The notes beneath the pieces are model-generated. The model had not been told where the DNA came from and searched no databases. It saw nothing but the letters and a program-made list of their open reading frames with translations. From Yuukianura sp. NJ FZ-2021 (lineage: Eukaryota): DNA of 64,000 nt. Both the position numbers and the translations under genes were made by a program. Each line of letters starts with the position of its first letter. Position 1 is the first letter of the stretch. Below are positions 14,401-29,400 of the stretch, piece by piece. The DNA lies in the NCBI GenBank assembly GCA_046563655.1, contig CM102290.1:6386001-6450000 (forward strand). Direction: 5' to 3'.

Positions 14401-17400
14401 AATTTACTTTCGGTTCATTCTCACATTTGCATGTTCATTCTCACAAATTTAAGTCGTTTTTGCGTCAAAATGGTGCTCGACATTGCCCTGGGTGGCGCAC
14501 ACCAACCCAAGATAAAATCCGAGGCAGAGCGGTTCATCCAGACTTTTAAGTACGCTCTAACCGGATTTAATTGCGATCTATCCACGCCAATTAAACTTGG
14601 GTTCCTGTAGTACTTTTCAGGCGGATTTCAGAAAAGTAACTCATTTTCTCCCGGCATTGCTACGCGTGGGAGTTTTTCGAATGATTTGTTTTGAAATAAA
14701 TTTTCATAAAATAAAGTCACGAGATGAGGGACGACACAGCAAGTGAAAGTGGGTTCCTGTAGCCCTTTTTATGAGGATTTCAAAAATATAGTTGACTTTT
14801 ACCCAGCATCGTTCCGGAATGCATTTCTTTTGAATTCTTTGTTTTGAAACATGAATTTTCATAAATAAAGGTAACAAGATGACTGACGACACAGCAACTG
14901 AAAGTGGGTTCCTGTAGCACTTTTTATGGGGATTTCAAAAATGTAATTTACTTTCTGTTCATTCTCACATTTGCATGTTCATTCTCACAAATTTAAGTCG
15001 TTTTGCGTCAAAATGGTGCTCGACATTGCCCTGGGTGGCGCACACCAACCCAAGATAAAATCCGAGGCAGAGCGGTTCATCCAGACTTTTAAGTACGCTC
15101 CAACCGGATTTAATTGCGATCTATCCACGCCAATTAAACTTGGGTTCCTGTAGTACTTTTCAGGAGGATTTCAGAAAAGTAACTCATTTTCTCCCGGCAT
15201 TGCTACGCGTGGGAGTTTTTCGAATGATTTGTTTTGAAATAAATTTTCATAAAATAAAGTCACGAGAAGAGGGACGACACAGCAAGTGAAAGTGGGTTCC
15301 TGTAGCCCTTTTTATGAGGATTTCAAAAATATAGTTGACTTTTACCCAGCATCGTTCCGGAATGCATTTCTTTTGAATTCTTTGTTTTGAAACATGAATT
15401 TTCATAAATAAAGGTAACAAGATGACTGACGACACAGCAAGTGAAAGTGGGTTCCTGTAGCACTTTTTATGGGGATTTCAAAAATGTAATTTACTTTCTG
15501 TTCATTCTCACATTTGCATGTTCATTCTCACAAATTTAAGTCGTTTTGCGTCAAAATGGTGCTCGACATTGCCCTGGGTGCCGTATACCAACCCAACATA
15601 AAATCCGAGACAGAGCGGTTCATCCAGAGTTTCAAGTACACGCTAACCGGATTTAATTGCAATATATCCACGATAATTAAACTTGGGTTCCTGTAGTACT
15701 TTTCAGAAGGATTTCAGAAAAGTAACTCATTTTCACCCAGCATTGCTACGCGTGGGAGTTTTTCGAATGATTTGTTTTGAAATAAATTTTCATAAAATAA
15801 AGTCACGAGATGAGGGACGACACAGCAAGTGAAAGTGGGTTCCTGTAGCACTTTTTATGAGGATTTCAAAAATGTAATTTACTTTCGGTTCATTCTCACA
15901 TTTGCATGTTCATTCTCACAAATTTAAGTCGTTTTTGCGTCAAAATGGTGCTCGACATTGCCCTGGGTGGCGCACACCAACCCAAGATAAAATCCGAGGC
16001 AGAGCGGTTCATCCAGACTTTTAAGTACGCTCTAACCGGATTTAATTGCGATCTATCCACGCCAATTAAACTTGGGTTCCTGTAGTACTTTTCAGGCGGA
16101 TTTCAGAAAAGTAACTCATTTTCTCCCGGCATTGCTACGCGTGGGAGTTTTTCGAATGATTTGTTTTGAAATAAATTTTCATAAAATAAAGTCACGAGAT
16201 GAGGGACGACACAGCAAGTGAAAGTGGGTTCCTGTAGCCCTTTTTATGAGGATTTCAAAAATATAGTTGACTTTTACCCAGCATCGTTCCGGAATGCATT
16301 TCTTTTGAATTCTTTGTTTTGAAACATGAATTTTCATAAATAAAGGTAACAAGATGACTGACGACACAGCAACTGAAAGTGGGTTCCTGTAGCACTTTTT
16401 ATGAGGGATTTCAAAAATGTAATTTACTTTCTGTTCATTCTCACATTTGCATGTTCATTCTCACAAATTTAAGTCGTTTTGCGTCAAAATGGTGCTCGAC
16501 ATTGCCCTGGGTGGCGCACACCAACCCAAGATAAAATCCGAGGCAGAGCGGTTCATCCAGACTTTTAAGTACGCTCCAACCGGATTTAATTGCGATCTAT
16601 CCACGCCAATTAAACTTGGGTTCCTGTAGTACTTTTCAGGCGGATTTCAGAAAAGTAACTCATTTTCTCCCGGCATTGCTACGCGTGGGAGTTTTTCGAA
16701 TGATTTGTTTTGAAATAAATTTTCATAAAATAAAGTCACGAGAAGAGGGACGACACAGCAAGTGAAAGTGGGTTCCTGTAGCCCTTTTTATGAGGATTTC
16801 AAAAATATAGTTGACTTTTACCCAGCATCGTTCCGGAATGCATTTCTTTTGAATTCTTTGTTTTGAAACATGAATTTTCATAAATAAAGGTAACAAGATG
16901 ACTGACGACACAGCAAGTGAAAGTGGGTTCCTGTAGCACTTTTTATGGGGATTTCAAAAATGTAATTTACTTTCTGTTCATTCTCACATTTGCATGTTCA
17001 TTCTCACAAATTTAAGTCGTTTTTGCGTCAAAATGGTGCTCGACATTACCCTGGGTAGCGCATACCAACCCAAGATAAAATACGAGGCATCGTTCCGGAA
17101 TGCATTTCTTTTGAATTCTTTGTTTTGAAACATGAATTTTCATAAATATAGGTAACAAGATGAGGGACGACACAGCAACTGAAAGTGGGTTCCTGTAGCA
17201 CTTTTTATGAGGATTTCAAAAATGTATTTTACTTTCTGTTCATTCTCACATTTGCATGTTCATTCTCACAAATTTAAGTCGTTTTGCGTCAAAATGGTGC
17301 TCGATATTGCCCTGGGTGCCGTATACCAACCCAAGATAAAATCCGAGACAGAGCGGTTCATCCAGACTTTTAAGTACACGCTAACCGGATTTAATTGCGA

Positions 17401-20400
17401 TATATCCACGATAATTAAACTAGGGTTCCTGTAGTACTTTTCAGGAGGATTTCAGAAAAGTAACTCATTTTCACCCGGCATTGCTACGCGTAAGAGTTTT
17501 TCGAATGATTTGTTTTGAAATAAATTTTCATAAAATAAAGTCACGAGAAGAGGGACGACACAGCAAGTGAAAGTGGGTTCCTGTAGCCCTTTTTATGAGG
17601 ATTTCAAAAATATAGTTGACTTTTACCCAGCATCGTTCCGGAATGCATTTCTTTTGAATTCTTTGTTTTGAAACATGAATTTTCATAAATAAAGGTAACA
17701 AGATGACTGACGACACAGCAACTGAAAGTGGGTTCCTGTAGCACTTTTTATGGGGATTTCAAAAATGTAATTTACTTTCTGTTCATTCTCACATTTGCAT
17801 GTTCATTCTCACAAATTTAAGTCGTTTTGCGTCAAAATGGTGCTCGACATTGCCCTGGGTGCCGTATACCAACCCAACATAAAATCCGAGACAGAGCGGT
17901 TCATCCAGAGTTTCAAGTACACGCTAACCGGATTTAATTGCAATATATCCACGATAATTAAACTTGGGTTCCTGTAGTACTTTTCAGAAGGATTTCAGAA
18001 AAGTAACTCATTTTCACCCGGCATTGCTACGCGTGGGAGTTTTTCGAATGATTTGTTTTGAAATAAATTTTCATAAAATAAAGTCACGAGATGAGGGACG
18101 ACACAGCAAGTGAAAGTGGGTTCCTGTAGCCCTTTTTATGAGGATTTCAAAAATATAGTTGACTTTTACCCAGCATCGTTCCGGAATGCATTTCTTTTGA
18201 ATTCTTTGTTTTGAAACATGAATTTTCATAAATAAAGATAACAAGATGACTGACGACACAGCAAGTGAAAGTGGGTTCCTGTAGCACTTTTTATGAGGAT
18301 TTCAAAAATGTAATTTACTTTCGGTTCATTCTCACATTTGCATGTTCATTCTCACAAATTTAAGTCGTTTTTGCGTCAAAATGGTGCTCGACATTACCCT
18401 GGGTAGCGCATACCAACCCAAGATAAAATACGAGGCATCGTTCCGGAATGCATTTCTTTTGAATTCTTTGTTTTGAAACATGAATTTTCATAAATATAGG
18501 TAACAAGATGAGGGACGACACAGCAACTGAAAGTGGGTTCCTGTAGCACTTTTTATGAGGATTTCAAAAATGTATTTTACTTTCTGTTCATTCTCACATT
18601 TGCATGTTCATTCTCACAAATTTAAGTCGTTTTGCGTCAAAATGGTGCTCGATATTGCCCTGGGTGCCGTATACCAACCCAAGATAAAATCCGAGACAGA
18701 GCGGTTCATCCAGACTTTTAAGTACACGCTAACCGGATTTAATTGCGATATATCCACGATAATTAAACTAGGGTTCCTGTAGTACTTTTCAGGAGGATTT
18801 CAGAAAAGTAACTCATTTTCACCCGGCATTGCTACGCGTAAGAGTTTTTCGAATGATTTGTTTTGAAATAAATTTTCATAAAATAAAGTCACGAGAAGAG
18901 GGACGACACAGCAAGTGAAAGTGGGTTCCTGTAGCCCTTTTTATGAGGATTTCAAAAATATAGTTGACTTTTACCCAGCATCGTTCCGGAATGCATTTCT
19001 TTTGAATTCTTTGTTTTGAAACATGAATTTTCATAAATAAAGGTAACAAGATGACTGACGACACAGCAACTGAAAGTGGGTTCCTGTAGCACTTTTTATG
19101 GGGATTTCAAAAATGTAATTTACTTTCTGTTCATTCTCACATTTGCATGTTCATTCTCACAAATTTAAGTCGTTTTGCGTCAAAATGGTGCTCGACATTG
19201 CCCTGGGTGCCGTATACCAACCCAACATAAAATCCGAGACAGAGCGGTTCATCCAGAGTTTCAAGTACACGCTAACCGGATTTAATTGCAATATATCCAC
19301 GATAATTAAACTTGGGTTCCTGTAGTACTTTTCAGAAGGATTTCAGAAAAGTAACTCATTTTCACCCGGCATTGCTACGCGTGGGAGTTTTTCGAATGAT
19401 TTGTTTTGAAATAAATTTTCATAAAATAAAGTCACGAGATGAGGGACGACACAGCAAGTGAAAGTGGGTTCCTGTAGCCCTTTTTATGAGGATTTCAAAA
19501 ATATAGTTGACTTTTACCCAGCATCGTTCCGGAATGCATTTCTTTTGAATTCTTTGTTTTGAAACATGAATTTTCATAAATAAAGGTAACAAGATGACTG
19601 ACGACACAGCAAGTGAAAGTGGGTTCCTGTAGCACTTTTTATGAGGATTTCAAAAATGTAATTTACTTTCGGTTCATTCTCACATTTGCATGTTCATTCT
19701 CACAAATTTAAGTCGTTTTTGCGTCAAAATGGTGCTCGACATTGCCCTGGGTGGCGCACACCAACCCAAGATAAAATCCGAGGCAGAGCGGTTCATCCAG
19801 ACTTTTAAGTACGCTCCAACCGGATTTAATTGCGATCTATCCACGCCAAATAAACTTGGGTTCCTGTAGTACTTTTCAGGAGGATTTCAGAAAAGTAACT
19901 CATTTTCACCCGGCATTGCTACGCGTAAGAGTTTTTCGAATGATTTGTTTTGAAATAAATTTTCATAAAATAAAGTCACGAGAAGAGGGACGACACAGCA
20001 AGTGAAAGTGGGTTCCTGTAGCCCTTTTTATGAGGATTTCAAAAATATAGTTGACTTTTACCCAGCATCGTTCCGGAATGCATTTCTTTTGAATTCTTTG
20101 TTTTGAAACATGAATTTTCATAAATAAAGGTAACAAGATGACTGACGACACAGCAAGTGAAAGTGGGTTCCTGTAGCACTTTTTATGAGGATTTCAAAAA
20201 TGTAATTTACTTTCGGTTCATTCTCACATTTGCATGTTCATTCTCACAAATTTAAGTCGTTTTTGCGTCAAAATGGTGCTCGACATTGCCCTGGGTGGCG
20301 CACACCAACCCAAGATAAAATCCGAGGCAGAGCGGTTCATCCAGACTTTTAAGTACGCTCAAACCGGATTTAATTGCGATCTATCCACGCCAATTAAACT

Positions 20401-23400
20401 TGGGTTCCTGTAGTACTTTTCAGGCGGATTTCAGAAAAGTAACTCATTTTCTCCCGGCATTGCTACGCGTGGGAGTTTTTCGAATGATTTGTTTTGAAAT
20501 AAATTTTCATAAAATAAAGTCACGAGATGAGGGACGACACAGCAAGTGAAAGTGGGTTCCTGTAGCCCTTTTTATGAGGATTTCAAAAATATAGTTGACT
20601 TTTACCCAGCATCGTTCCGGAATGCATTTCTTTTGAATTCTTTGTTTTGAAACATGAATTTTCATAAATAAAGGTAACAAGATGACTGACGACACAGCAA
20701 GTGAAAGTGGGTTCCTGTAGCACTTTTTATGAGGATTTCAAAAATGTAATTTACTTTCTGTTCATTCTCACATTTGCATGTTCATTCTCACAAATTTAAG
20801 TCGTTTTGCGTCAAAATGGTGCTCGACATTGCCCTGGGTGGCGCACACCAACCCAAGATAAAATCCGAGGCAGAGCGGTTCATCCAGACTTTTAAGTACG
20901 CTCCAACCGGATTTAATTGCGATCTATCCACGCCAATTAAACTTGGGTTCCTGTAGTACTTTTCAGGCGGATTTCAGAAAAGTAACTCATTTTCTCCCGG
21001 CATTGCTACGCGTGGGAGTTTTTCGAATGATTTGTTTTGAAATAAATTTTCATAAAATAAAGTCACGAGAAGAGGGACGACACAGCAAGTGAAAGTGGGT
21101 TCCTGTAGCCCTTTTTATGAGGATTTCAAAAATATAGTTGACTTTTACCCAGCATCGTTCCGGAATGCATTTCTTTTGAATTCTTTGTTTTGAAACATTA
21201 ATTTTCATAAATAAAGGTAACAAGATGACTGACGACACAGCAAGTGAAAGTGGGTTCCTGTAGCACTTTTTATGGGGATTTCAAAAATGTAATTTACTTT
21301 CTGTTCATTCTCACATTTGCATGTTCATTCTCACAAATTTAAGTCGTTTTTGCGTCAAAATGGTGCTCGACATTACCCTGGGTAGCGCATACCAACCCAA
21401 GATAAAATACGAGGCATCGTTCCGGAATGCATTTCTTTTGAATTCTTTGTTTTGAAACATGAATTTTCATAAATATAGGTAACAAGATGAGGGACGACAC
21501 AGCAACTGAAAGTGGGTTCCTGTAGCACTTTTTATGAGGATTTCAAAAATGTATTTTACTTTCTGTTCATTCTCACATTTGCATGTTCATTCTCACAAAT
21601 TTAAGTCGTTTTGCGTCAAAATGGTGCTCGATATTGCCCTGGGTGCCGTATACCAACCCAAGATAAAATCCGAGACAGAGCGGTTCATCCAGACTTTTAA
21701 GTACACGCTAACCGGATTTAATTGCGATATATCCACGATAATTAAACTAGGGTTCCTGTAGTACTTTTCAGGAGGATTTCAGAAAAGTAACTCATTTTCA
21801 CCCGGCATTGCTACGCGTAAGAGTTTTTCGAATGATTTGTTTTGAAATAAATTTTCATAAAATAAAGTCACGAGAAGAGGGACGACACAGCAAGTGAAAG
21901 TGGGTTCCTGTAGCCCTTTTTATGAGGATTTCAAAAATATAGTTGACTTTTACCCAGCATCGTTCCGGAATGCATTTCTTTTGAATTCTTTGTTTTGAAA
22001 CATGAATTTTCATAAATAAAGGTAACAAGATGACTGACGACACAGCAACTGAAAGTGGGTTCCTGTAGCACTTTTTATGGGGATTTCAAAAATGTAATTT
22101 ACTTTCTGTTCATTCTCACATTTGCATGTTCATTCTCACAAATTTAAGTCGTTTTGCGTCAAAATGGTGCTCGACATTGCCCTGGGTGCCGTATACCAAC
22201 CCAACATAAAATCCGAGACAGAGCGGTTCATCCAGAGTTTCAAGTACACGCTAACCGGATTTAATTGCAATATATCCACGATAATTAAACTTGGGTTCCT
22301 GTAGTACTTTTCAGAAGGATTTCAGAAAAGTAACTCATTTTCACCCGGCATTGCTACGCGTGGGAGTTTTTCGAATGATTTGTTTTGAAATAAATTTTCA
22401 TAAAATAAAGTCACGAGATGAGGGACGACACAGCAAGTGAAAGTGGGTTCCTGTAGCCCTTTTTATGAGGATTTCAAAAATATAGTTGACTTTTACCCAG
22501 CATCGTTCCGGAATGCATTTCTTTTGAATTCTTTGTTTTGAAACATGAATTTTCATAAATAAAGGTAACAAGATGACTGACGACACAGCAAGTGAAAGTG
22601 GGTTCCTGTAGCACTTTTTATGAGGATTTCAAAAATGTAATTTACTTTCGGTTCATTCTCACATTTGCATGTTCATTCTCACAAATTTAAGTCGTTTTTG
22701 CGTCAAAATGGTGCTCGACATTGCCCTGGGTGGCGCACACCAACCCAAGATAAAATCCGAGGCAGAGCGGTTCATCCAGACTTTTAAGTACGCTCCAACC
22801 GGATTTAATTGCGATCTATCCACGCCAAATAAACTTGGGTTCCTGTAGTACTTTTCAGGAGGATTTCAGAAAAGTAACTCATTTTCACCCGGCATTGCTA
22901 CGCGTAAGAGTTTTTCGAATGATTTGTTTTGAAATAAATTTTCATAAAATAAAGTCACGAGAAGAGGGACGACACAGCAAGTGAAAGTGGGTTCCTGTAG
23001 CCCTTTTTATGAGGATTTCAAAAATATAGTTGACTTTTACCCAGCATCGTTCCGGAATGCATTTCTTTTGAATTCTTTGTTTTGAAACATGAATTTTCAT
23101 AAATAAAGATAACAAGATGACTGACGACACAGCAAGTGAAAGTGGGTTCCTGTAGCACTTTTTATGAGGATTTCAAAAATGTAATTTACTTTCTGTTCAT
23201 TCTCACATTTGCATGTTCATTCTCACAAATTTAAGTCGTTTTTGCGTCAAAATGGTGCTCGACATTACCCTGGGTAGCGCATACCAACCCAAGATAAAAT
23301 ACGAGGCATCGTTTCGGAATGCATTTCTTTTGAATTCTTTGTTTTGAAACATGAATTTTCATAAATATAGGTAACAAGATGAGGGACGACACAGCAAGTG

Positions 23401-26400
23401 AAAGTGGGTTCCTGTAGCACTTTTTATGAGGATTTCAAAAATGTAATTTACTTTCGGTTCATTCTCACATTTGCATGTTCATTCTCACAAATTTAAGTCG
23501 TTTTTGCGTCAAAATGGTGCTCGACATTGCCCTGGGTGGCGCACACCAACCCAAGATAAAATCCGAGGCAGAGCGGTTCATCCAGACTTTTAAGTACGCT
23601 CCAACCGGATTTAATTGCGATCTATCCACGCCAAATAAACTTGGGTTCCTGTAGTACTTTTCAGGAGGATTTCAGAAAAGTAACTCATTTTCACCCGGCA
23701 TTGCTACGCGTAAGAGTTTTTCGAATGATTTGTTTTGAAATAAATTTTCATAAAATAAAGTCACGAGAAGAGGGACGACACAGCAAGTGAAAGTGGGTTC
23801 CTGTAGCCCTTTTTATGAGGATTTCAAAAATATAGTTGACTTTTACCCAGCATCGTTCCGGAATGCATTTCTTTTGAATTCTTTGTTTTGAAACATGAAT
23901 TTTCATAAATAAAGATAACAAGATGACTGACGACACAGCAAGTGAAAGTGGGTTCCTGTAGCACTTTTTATGAGGATTTCAAAAATGTAATTTACTTTCT
24001 GTTCATTCTCACATTTGCATGTTCATTCTCACAAATTTAAGTCGTTTTTGCGTCAAAATGGTGCTCGACATTACCCTGGGTAGCGCATACCAACCCAAGA
24101 TAAAATACGAGGCATCGTTTCGGAATGCATTTCTTTTGAATTCTTTGTTTTGAAACATGAATTTTCATAAATATAGGTAACAAGATGAGGGACGACACAG
24201 CAACTGAAAGTGGGTTCCTGTAGCACTTTTTATGAGGATTTCAAAAATGTATTTTACTTTCTGTTCATTCTCACATTTGCATGTTCATTCTCACAAATTT
24301 AAGTCGTTTTTGCGTCAAAATGGTGCTCGACATTACCCTGGGTAGCGCATACCAACCCAAGATAAAATACGAGGCATCGTTCCGGAATGCATTTCTTTTG
24401 AATTCTTTGTTTTGAAACATGAATTTTCATAAATATAGGTAACAAGATGAGGGACGACACAGCAACTGAAAGTGGGTTCCTGTAGCCCTGTTTATGAGGA
24501 TTTCAAAAATATAGTTGACTTTTACCCAGCATCGTTCCGGAATGCATTTCTTTTGAATTCTTTGTTTTGAAACATGAATTTTCATAAATAAAGGTAACAA
24601 GATGACTGACGACACAGCAAGTGAAAGTGGGTTCCTGTAGCACTTTTTATGGGGATTTCAAAAATGTAATTTACTTTCTGTTCATTCTCACATTTGCATG
24701 TTCATTCTCACAAATTTAAGTCGTTTTTGCGTCAAAATGGTGCTCGACATTACCCTGGGTAGCGCATACCAACCCAAGATAAAATACGAGGCATCGTTCC
24801 GGAATGCATTTCTTTTGAATTCTTTGTTTTGAAACATGAATTTTCATAAATATAGGTAACAAGATGAGGGACGACACAGCAACTGAAAGTGGGTTCCTGT
24901 AGCACTTTTTATGAGGATTTCAAAAATGTATTTTACTTTCTGTTCATTCTCACATTTGCATGTTCATTCTCACAAATTTAAGTCGTTTTGCGTCAAAATG
25001 GTGCTCGATATTGCCCTGGGTGCCGTATACCAACCCAAGATAAAATCCGAGACAGAGCGGTTCATCCAGACTTTTAAGTACACGCTAACCGGATTTAATT
25101 GCGATATATCCACGATAATTAAACTAGGGTTCCTGTAGTACTTTTCAGGAGGATTTCAGAAAAGTAACTCATTTTCACCCGGCATTGCTACGCGTAAGAG
25201 TTTTTCGAATGATTTGTTTTGAAATAAATTTTCATAAAATAAAGTCACGAGAAGAGGGACGACACAGCAAGTGAAAGTGGGTTCCTGTAGCCCTTTTTAT
25301 GAGGATTTCAAAAATATAGTTGACTTTTACCCAGCATCGTTCCGGAATGCATTTCTTTTGAATTCTTTGTTTTGAAACATGAATTTTCATAAATAAAGGT
25401 AACAAGATGACTGACGACACAGCAACTGAAAGTGGGTTCCTGTAGCACTTTTTATGGGGATTTCAAAAATGTAATTTACTTTCTGTTCATTCTCACATTT
25501 GCATGTTCATTCTCAAAAATTTAAGTCGTTTTTGCGTCAAAATGGTGCTCGACATTACCCTGGGTAGCGCATACCAACCCAAGATAAAATACGAGGCATC
25601 GTTTCGGAATGCATTTCTTTTGAATTCTTTGTTTTGAAACATGAATTTTCATAAATATAGGTAACAAGATGAGGGACGACACAGCAACTGAAAGTGGGTT
25701 CCTGTAGCACTTTTTATGAGGATTTCAAAAATGTATTTTACTTTCTGTTCATTCTCACATTTGCATGTTCATTCTCACAAATTTAAGTCGTTTTTGCGTC
25801 AAAATGGTGCTCGACATTACCCTGGGTAGCGCATACCAACCCAAGATAAAATACGAGGCATCGTTCCGGAATGCATTTCTTTTGAATTCTTTGTTTTGAA
25901 ACATGAATTTTCATAAATATAGGTAACAAGATGAGGGACGACACAGCAACTGAAAGTGGGTTCCTGTAGCACTTTTTATGAGGATTTCAAAAATGTATTT
26001 TACTTTCTGTTCATTCTCACATTTGCATGTTCATTCTCACAAATTTAAGTCGTTTTGCGTCAAAATGGTGCTCGACATTGCCCTGGGTGCCGTATACCAA
26101 CCCAAGATAAAATCCGAGACAGAGCGGTTCATCCAGACTTTTAAGTACACGCTAACCGGATTTAATTGCGATATATCCACGATAATTAAACTAGGGTTCC
26201 TGTAGTACTTTTCAGGAGGATTTCAGAAAAGTAACTCATTTTCACCCGGCATTGCTACGCGTAAGAGTTTTTCGAATGATTTGTTTTGAAATAAATTTTC
26301 ATAAAATAAAGTCACGAGAAGAGCGACGACACAGCAAGTGAAAGTGGGTTCCTGTAGCCCTTTTTATGAGGATTTCAAAAATATAGTTGACTTTTACCCA

Positions 26401-29400
26401 GCATCGTTCCGGAATGCATTTCTTTTGAATTCTTTGTTTTGAAACATGAATTTTCATAAATAAAGGTAACAAGATGACTGACGACACAGCAAGTGAAAGT
26501 GGGTTCCTGTAGCACTTTTTATGAGGATTTCAAAAATGTAATTTACTTTCTGTTCATTCTCACATTTGCATGTTCATTCTCACAAATTTAAGTCGTTTTT
26601 GCGTCAAAATGGTGCTCGATATTACCCTGGGTAGCGCATACCAACCCAAGATAAAATACGAGGCATCGTTCCGGAATGCATTTCTTTTGAATTCTTTGTT
26701 TTGAAACATGAATTTTCATAAATAAAGGTAACAAGATGACTGACGACACAGCAACTGAAAGTGGGTTCCTGTAGCACTTTTTATGGGGATTTCAAAAATG
26801 TAATTTACTTTCTGTTCATTCTCACATTTGCATGTTCATTCTCACAAATTTAAGTCGTTTTGCGTCAAAATGGTGCTCGACATTGCCCTGGGTGCCGTAT
26901 ACCAACCCAACATAAAATCCGAGACAGAGCGGTTCATCCAGAGTTTCAAGTACACGCTAACCGGATTTAATTGCAATATATCCACGATAATTAAACTTGG
27001 GTTCCTGTAGTACTTTTCAGAAGGATTTCAGAAAAGTAACTCATTTTCACCCGGCATTGCTACGCGTGGGAGTTTTTCGAATGATTTGTTTTGAAATAAA
27101 TTTTCATAAAATAAAGTCACGAGATGAGGGACGACACAGCAAGTGAAAGTGGGTTCCTGTAGCCCTTTTTATGAGGATTTCAAAAATATAGTTGACTTTT
27201 ACCCAGCATCGTTCCGGAATGCATTTCTTTTGAATTCTTTGTTTTGAAACATGAATTTTCATAAATAAAGATAACAAGATGACTGACGACACAGCAAGTG
27301 AAAGTGGGTTCCTGTAGCACTTTTTATGAGGATTTCAAAAATGTAATTTACTTTCGGTTCATTCTCACATTTGCATGTTCATTCTCACAAATTTAAGTCG
27401 TTTTTGCGTCAAAATGGTGCTCGACATTGCCCTGGGTGGCGCACACCAACCCAAGATAAAATCCGAGGCAGAGCGGTTCATCCAGACTTTTAAGTACGCT
27501 CTAACCAGATTTAATTGCGATCTATCCACGCCAATTAAACTTGGGTTCCTGTAGTACTTTTCAGGCGGATTTCAGAAAAGTAACTCATTTTCTCCCGGCA
27601 TTGCTACGCGTGGGAGTTTTTCGAATGATTTGTTTTGAAATAAATTTTCATAAAATAAAGTCACGAGATGAGGGACGACACAGCAAGTGAAAGTGGGTTC
27701 CTGTAGCCCTTTTTATGAGGATTTCAAAAATATAGTTGACTTTTACCCAGCATCGTTCCGGAATGCATTTCTTTTGAATTCTTTGTTTTGAAACATGAAT
27801 TTTCATAAATAAAGGTAACAAGATGACTGACGACACAGCAACTGAAAGTGGGTTCCTGTAGCACTTTTTATGGGGATTTCAAAAATGTAATTTACTTTCT
27901 GTTCATTCTCACATTTGCATGTTCATTCTCACAAATTTAAGTCGTTTTGCGTCAAAATGGTGCTCGACATTGCCCTGGGTGGCGCACACCAACCCAAGAT
28001 AAAATCCGAGGCAGAGCGGTTCATCCAGACTTTTAAGTACGCTCCAACCGGATTTAATTGCGATCTATCAACGCCAAATAAACTTGGGTTCCTGTAGTAC
28101 TTTTCAGGAGGATTTCAGAAAAGTAACTCATTTTCACCCGGCATTGCTACGCGTAAGAGTTTTTCGAATGATTTGTTTTGAAATAAATTTTCATAAAATA
28201 AAGTCACGAGAAGAGGGACGACACAGCAAGTGAAAGTGGGTTCCTGTAGCCCTTTTTATGAGGATTTCAAAAATATAGTTGACTTTTACCCAGCATCGTT
28301 CCGGAATGCATTTCTTTTGAATTCTTTGTTTTGAAACATGAATTTTCATAAATAAAGGTAACAAGATGACTGACGACACAGCAAGTGAAAGTGGGTTCCT
28401 GTAGCACTTTTTATGAGGATTTCAAAAATGTAATTTACTTTCTGTTCATTCTCACATTTGCATGTTCATTCTCACAAATTTAAGTCGTTTTGCGTCAAAA
28501 TGGTGCTCGACATTGCCCTGGGTGGCGCACACCAACCCAAGATAAAATCCGAGGCAGAGCGGTTCATCCAGACTTTTAAGTACGCTCTAACCGGATTTAA
28601 TTGCGATCTATCCACGCCAATTAAACTTGGGTTCCTGTAGTACTTTTCAGGAGGATTTCAGAAAAGTAACTCATTTTCACCCGGCATTGCTACGCGTAAG
28701 AGTTTTTCGAATGATTTGTTTTGAAATAAATTTTCATAAAATAAAGTCACGAGAAGAGGGACGACACAGCAAGTGAAAGTGGGTTCCTGTAGCCCTTTTT
28801 ATGAGGATTTCAAAAATATAGTTGACTTTTACCCAGCATCGTTCCGGAATGCATTTCTTTTGAATTCTTTGTTTTGAAACATGAATTTTCATAAATAAAG
28901 GTAACAAGATGACTGACGACACAGCAAGTGAAAGTGGGTTCCTGTAGCACTTTTTATGGGGATTTCAAAAATGTAATTTACTTTCTGTTCATTCTCACAT
29001 TTGCATGTTCATTCTCACAAATTTAAGTCGTTTTTGCGTCAAAATGGTGCTCGACATTACCCTGGGTAGCGCATACCAACCCAAGATAAAATACGAGGCA
29101 TCGTTCCGGAATGCATTTCTTTTGAATTCTTTGTTTTGAAACATGAATTTTCATAAATATAGGTAACAAGATGAGGGACGACACAGCAACTGAAAGTGGG
29201 TTCCTGTAGCACTTTTTATGAGGATTTCAAAAATGTATTTTACTTTCTGTTCATTCTCACATTTGCATGTTCATTCTCACAAATTTAAGTCGTTTTGCGT
29301 CAAAATGGTGCTCGATATTGCCCTGGGTGCCGTATACCAACCCAAGATAAAATCCGAGACAGAGCGGTTCATCCAGACTTTTAAGTACACGCTAACCGGA

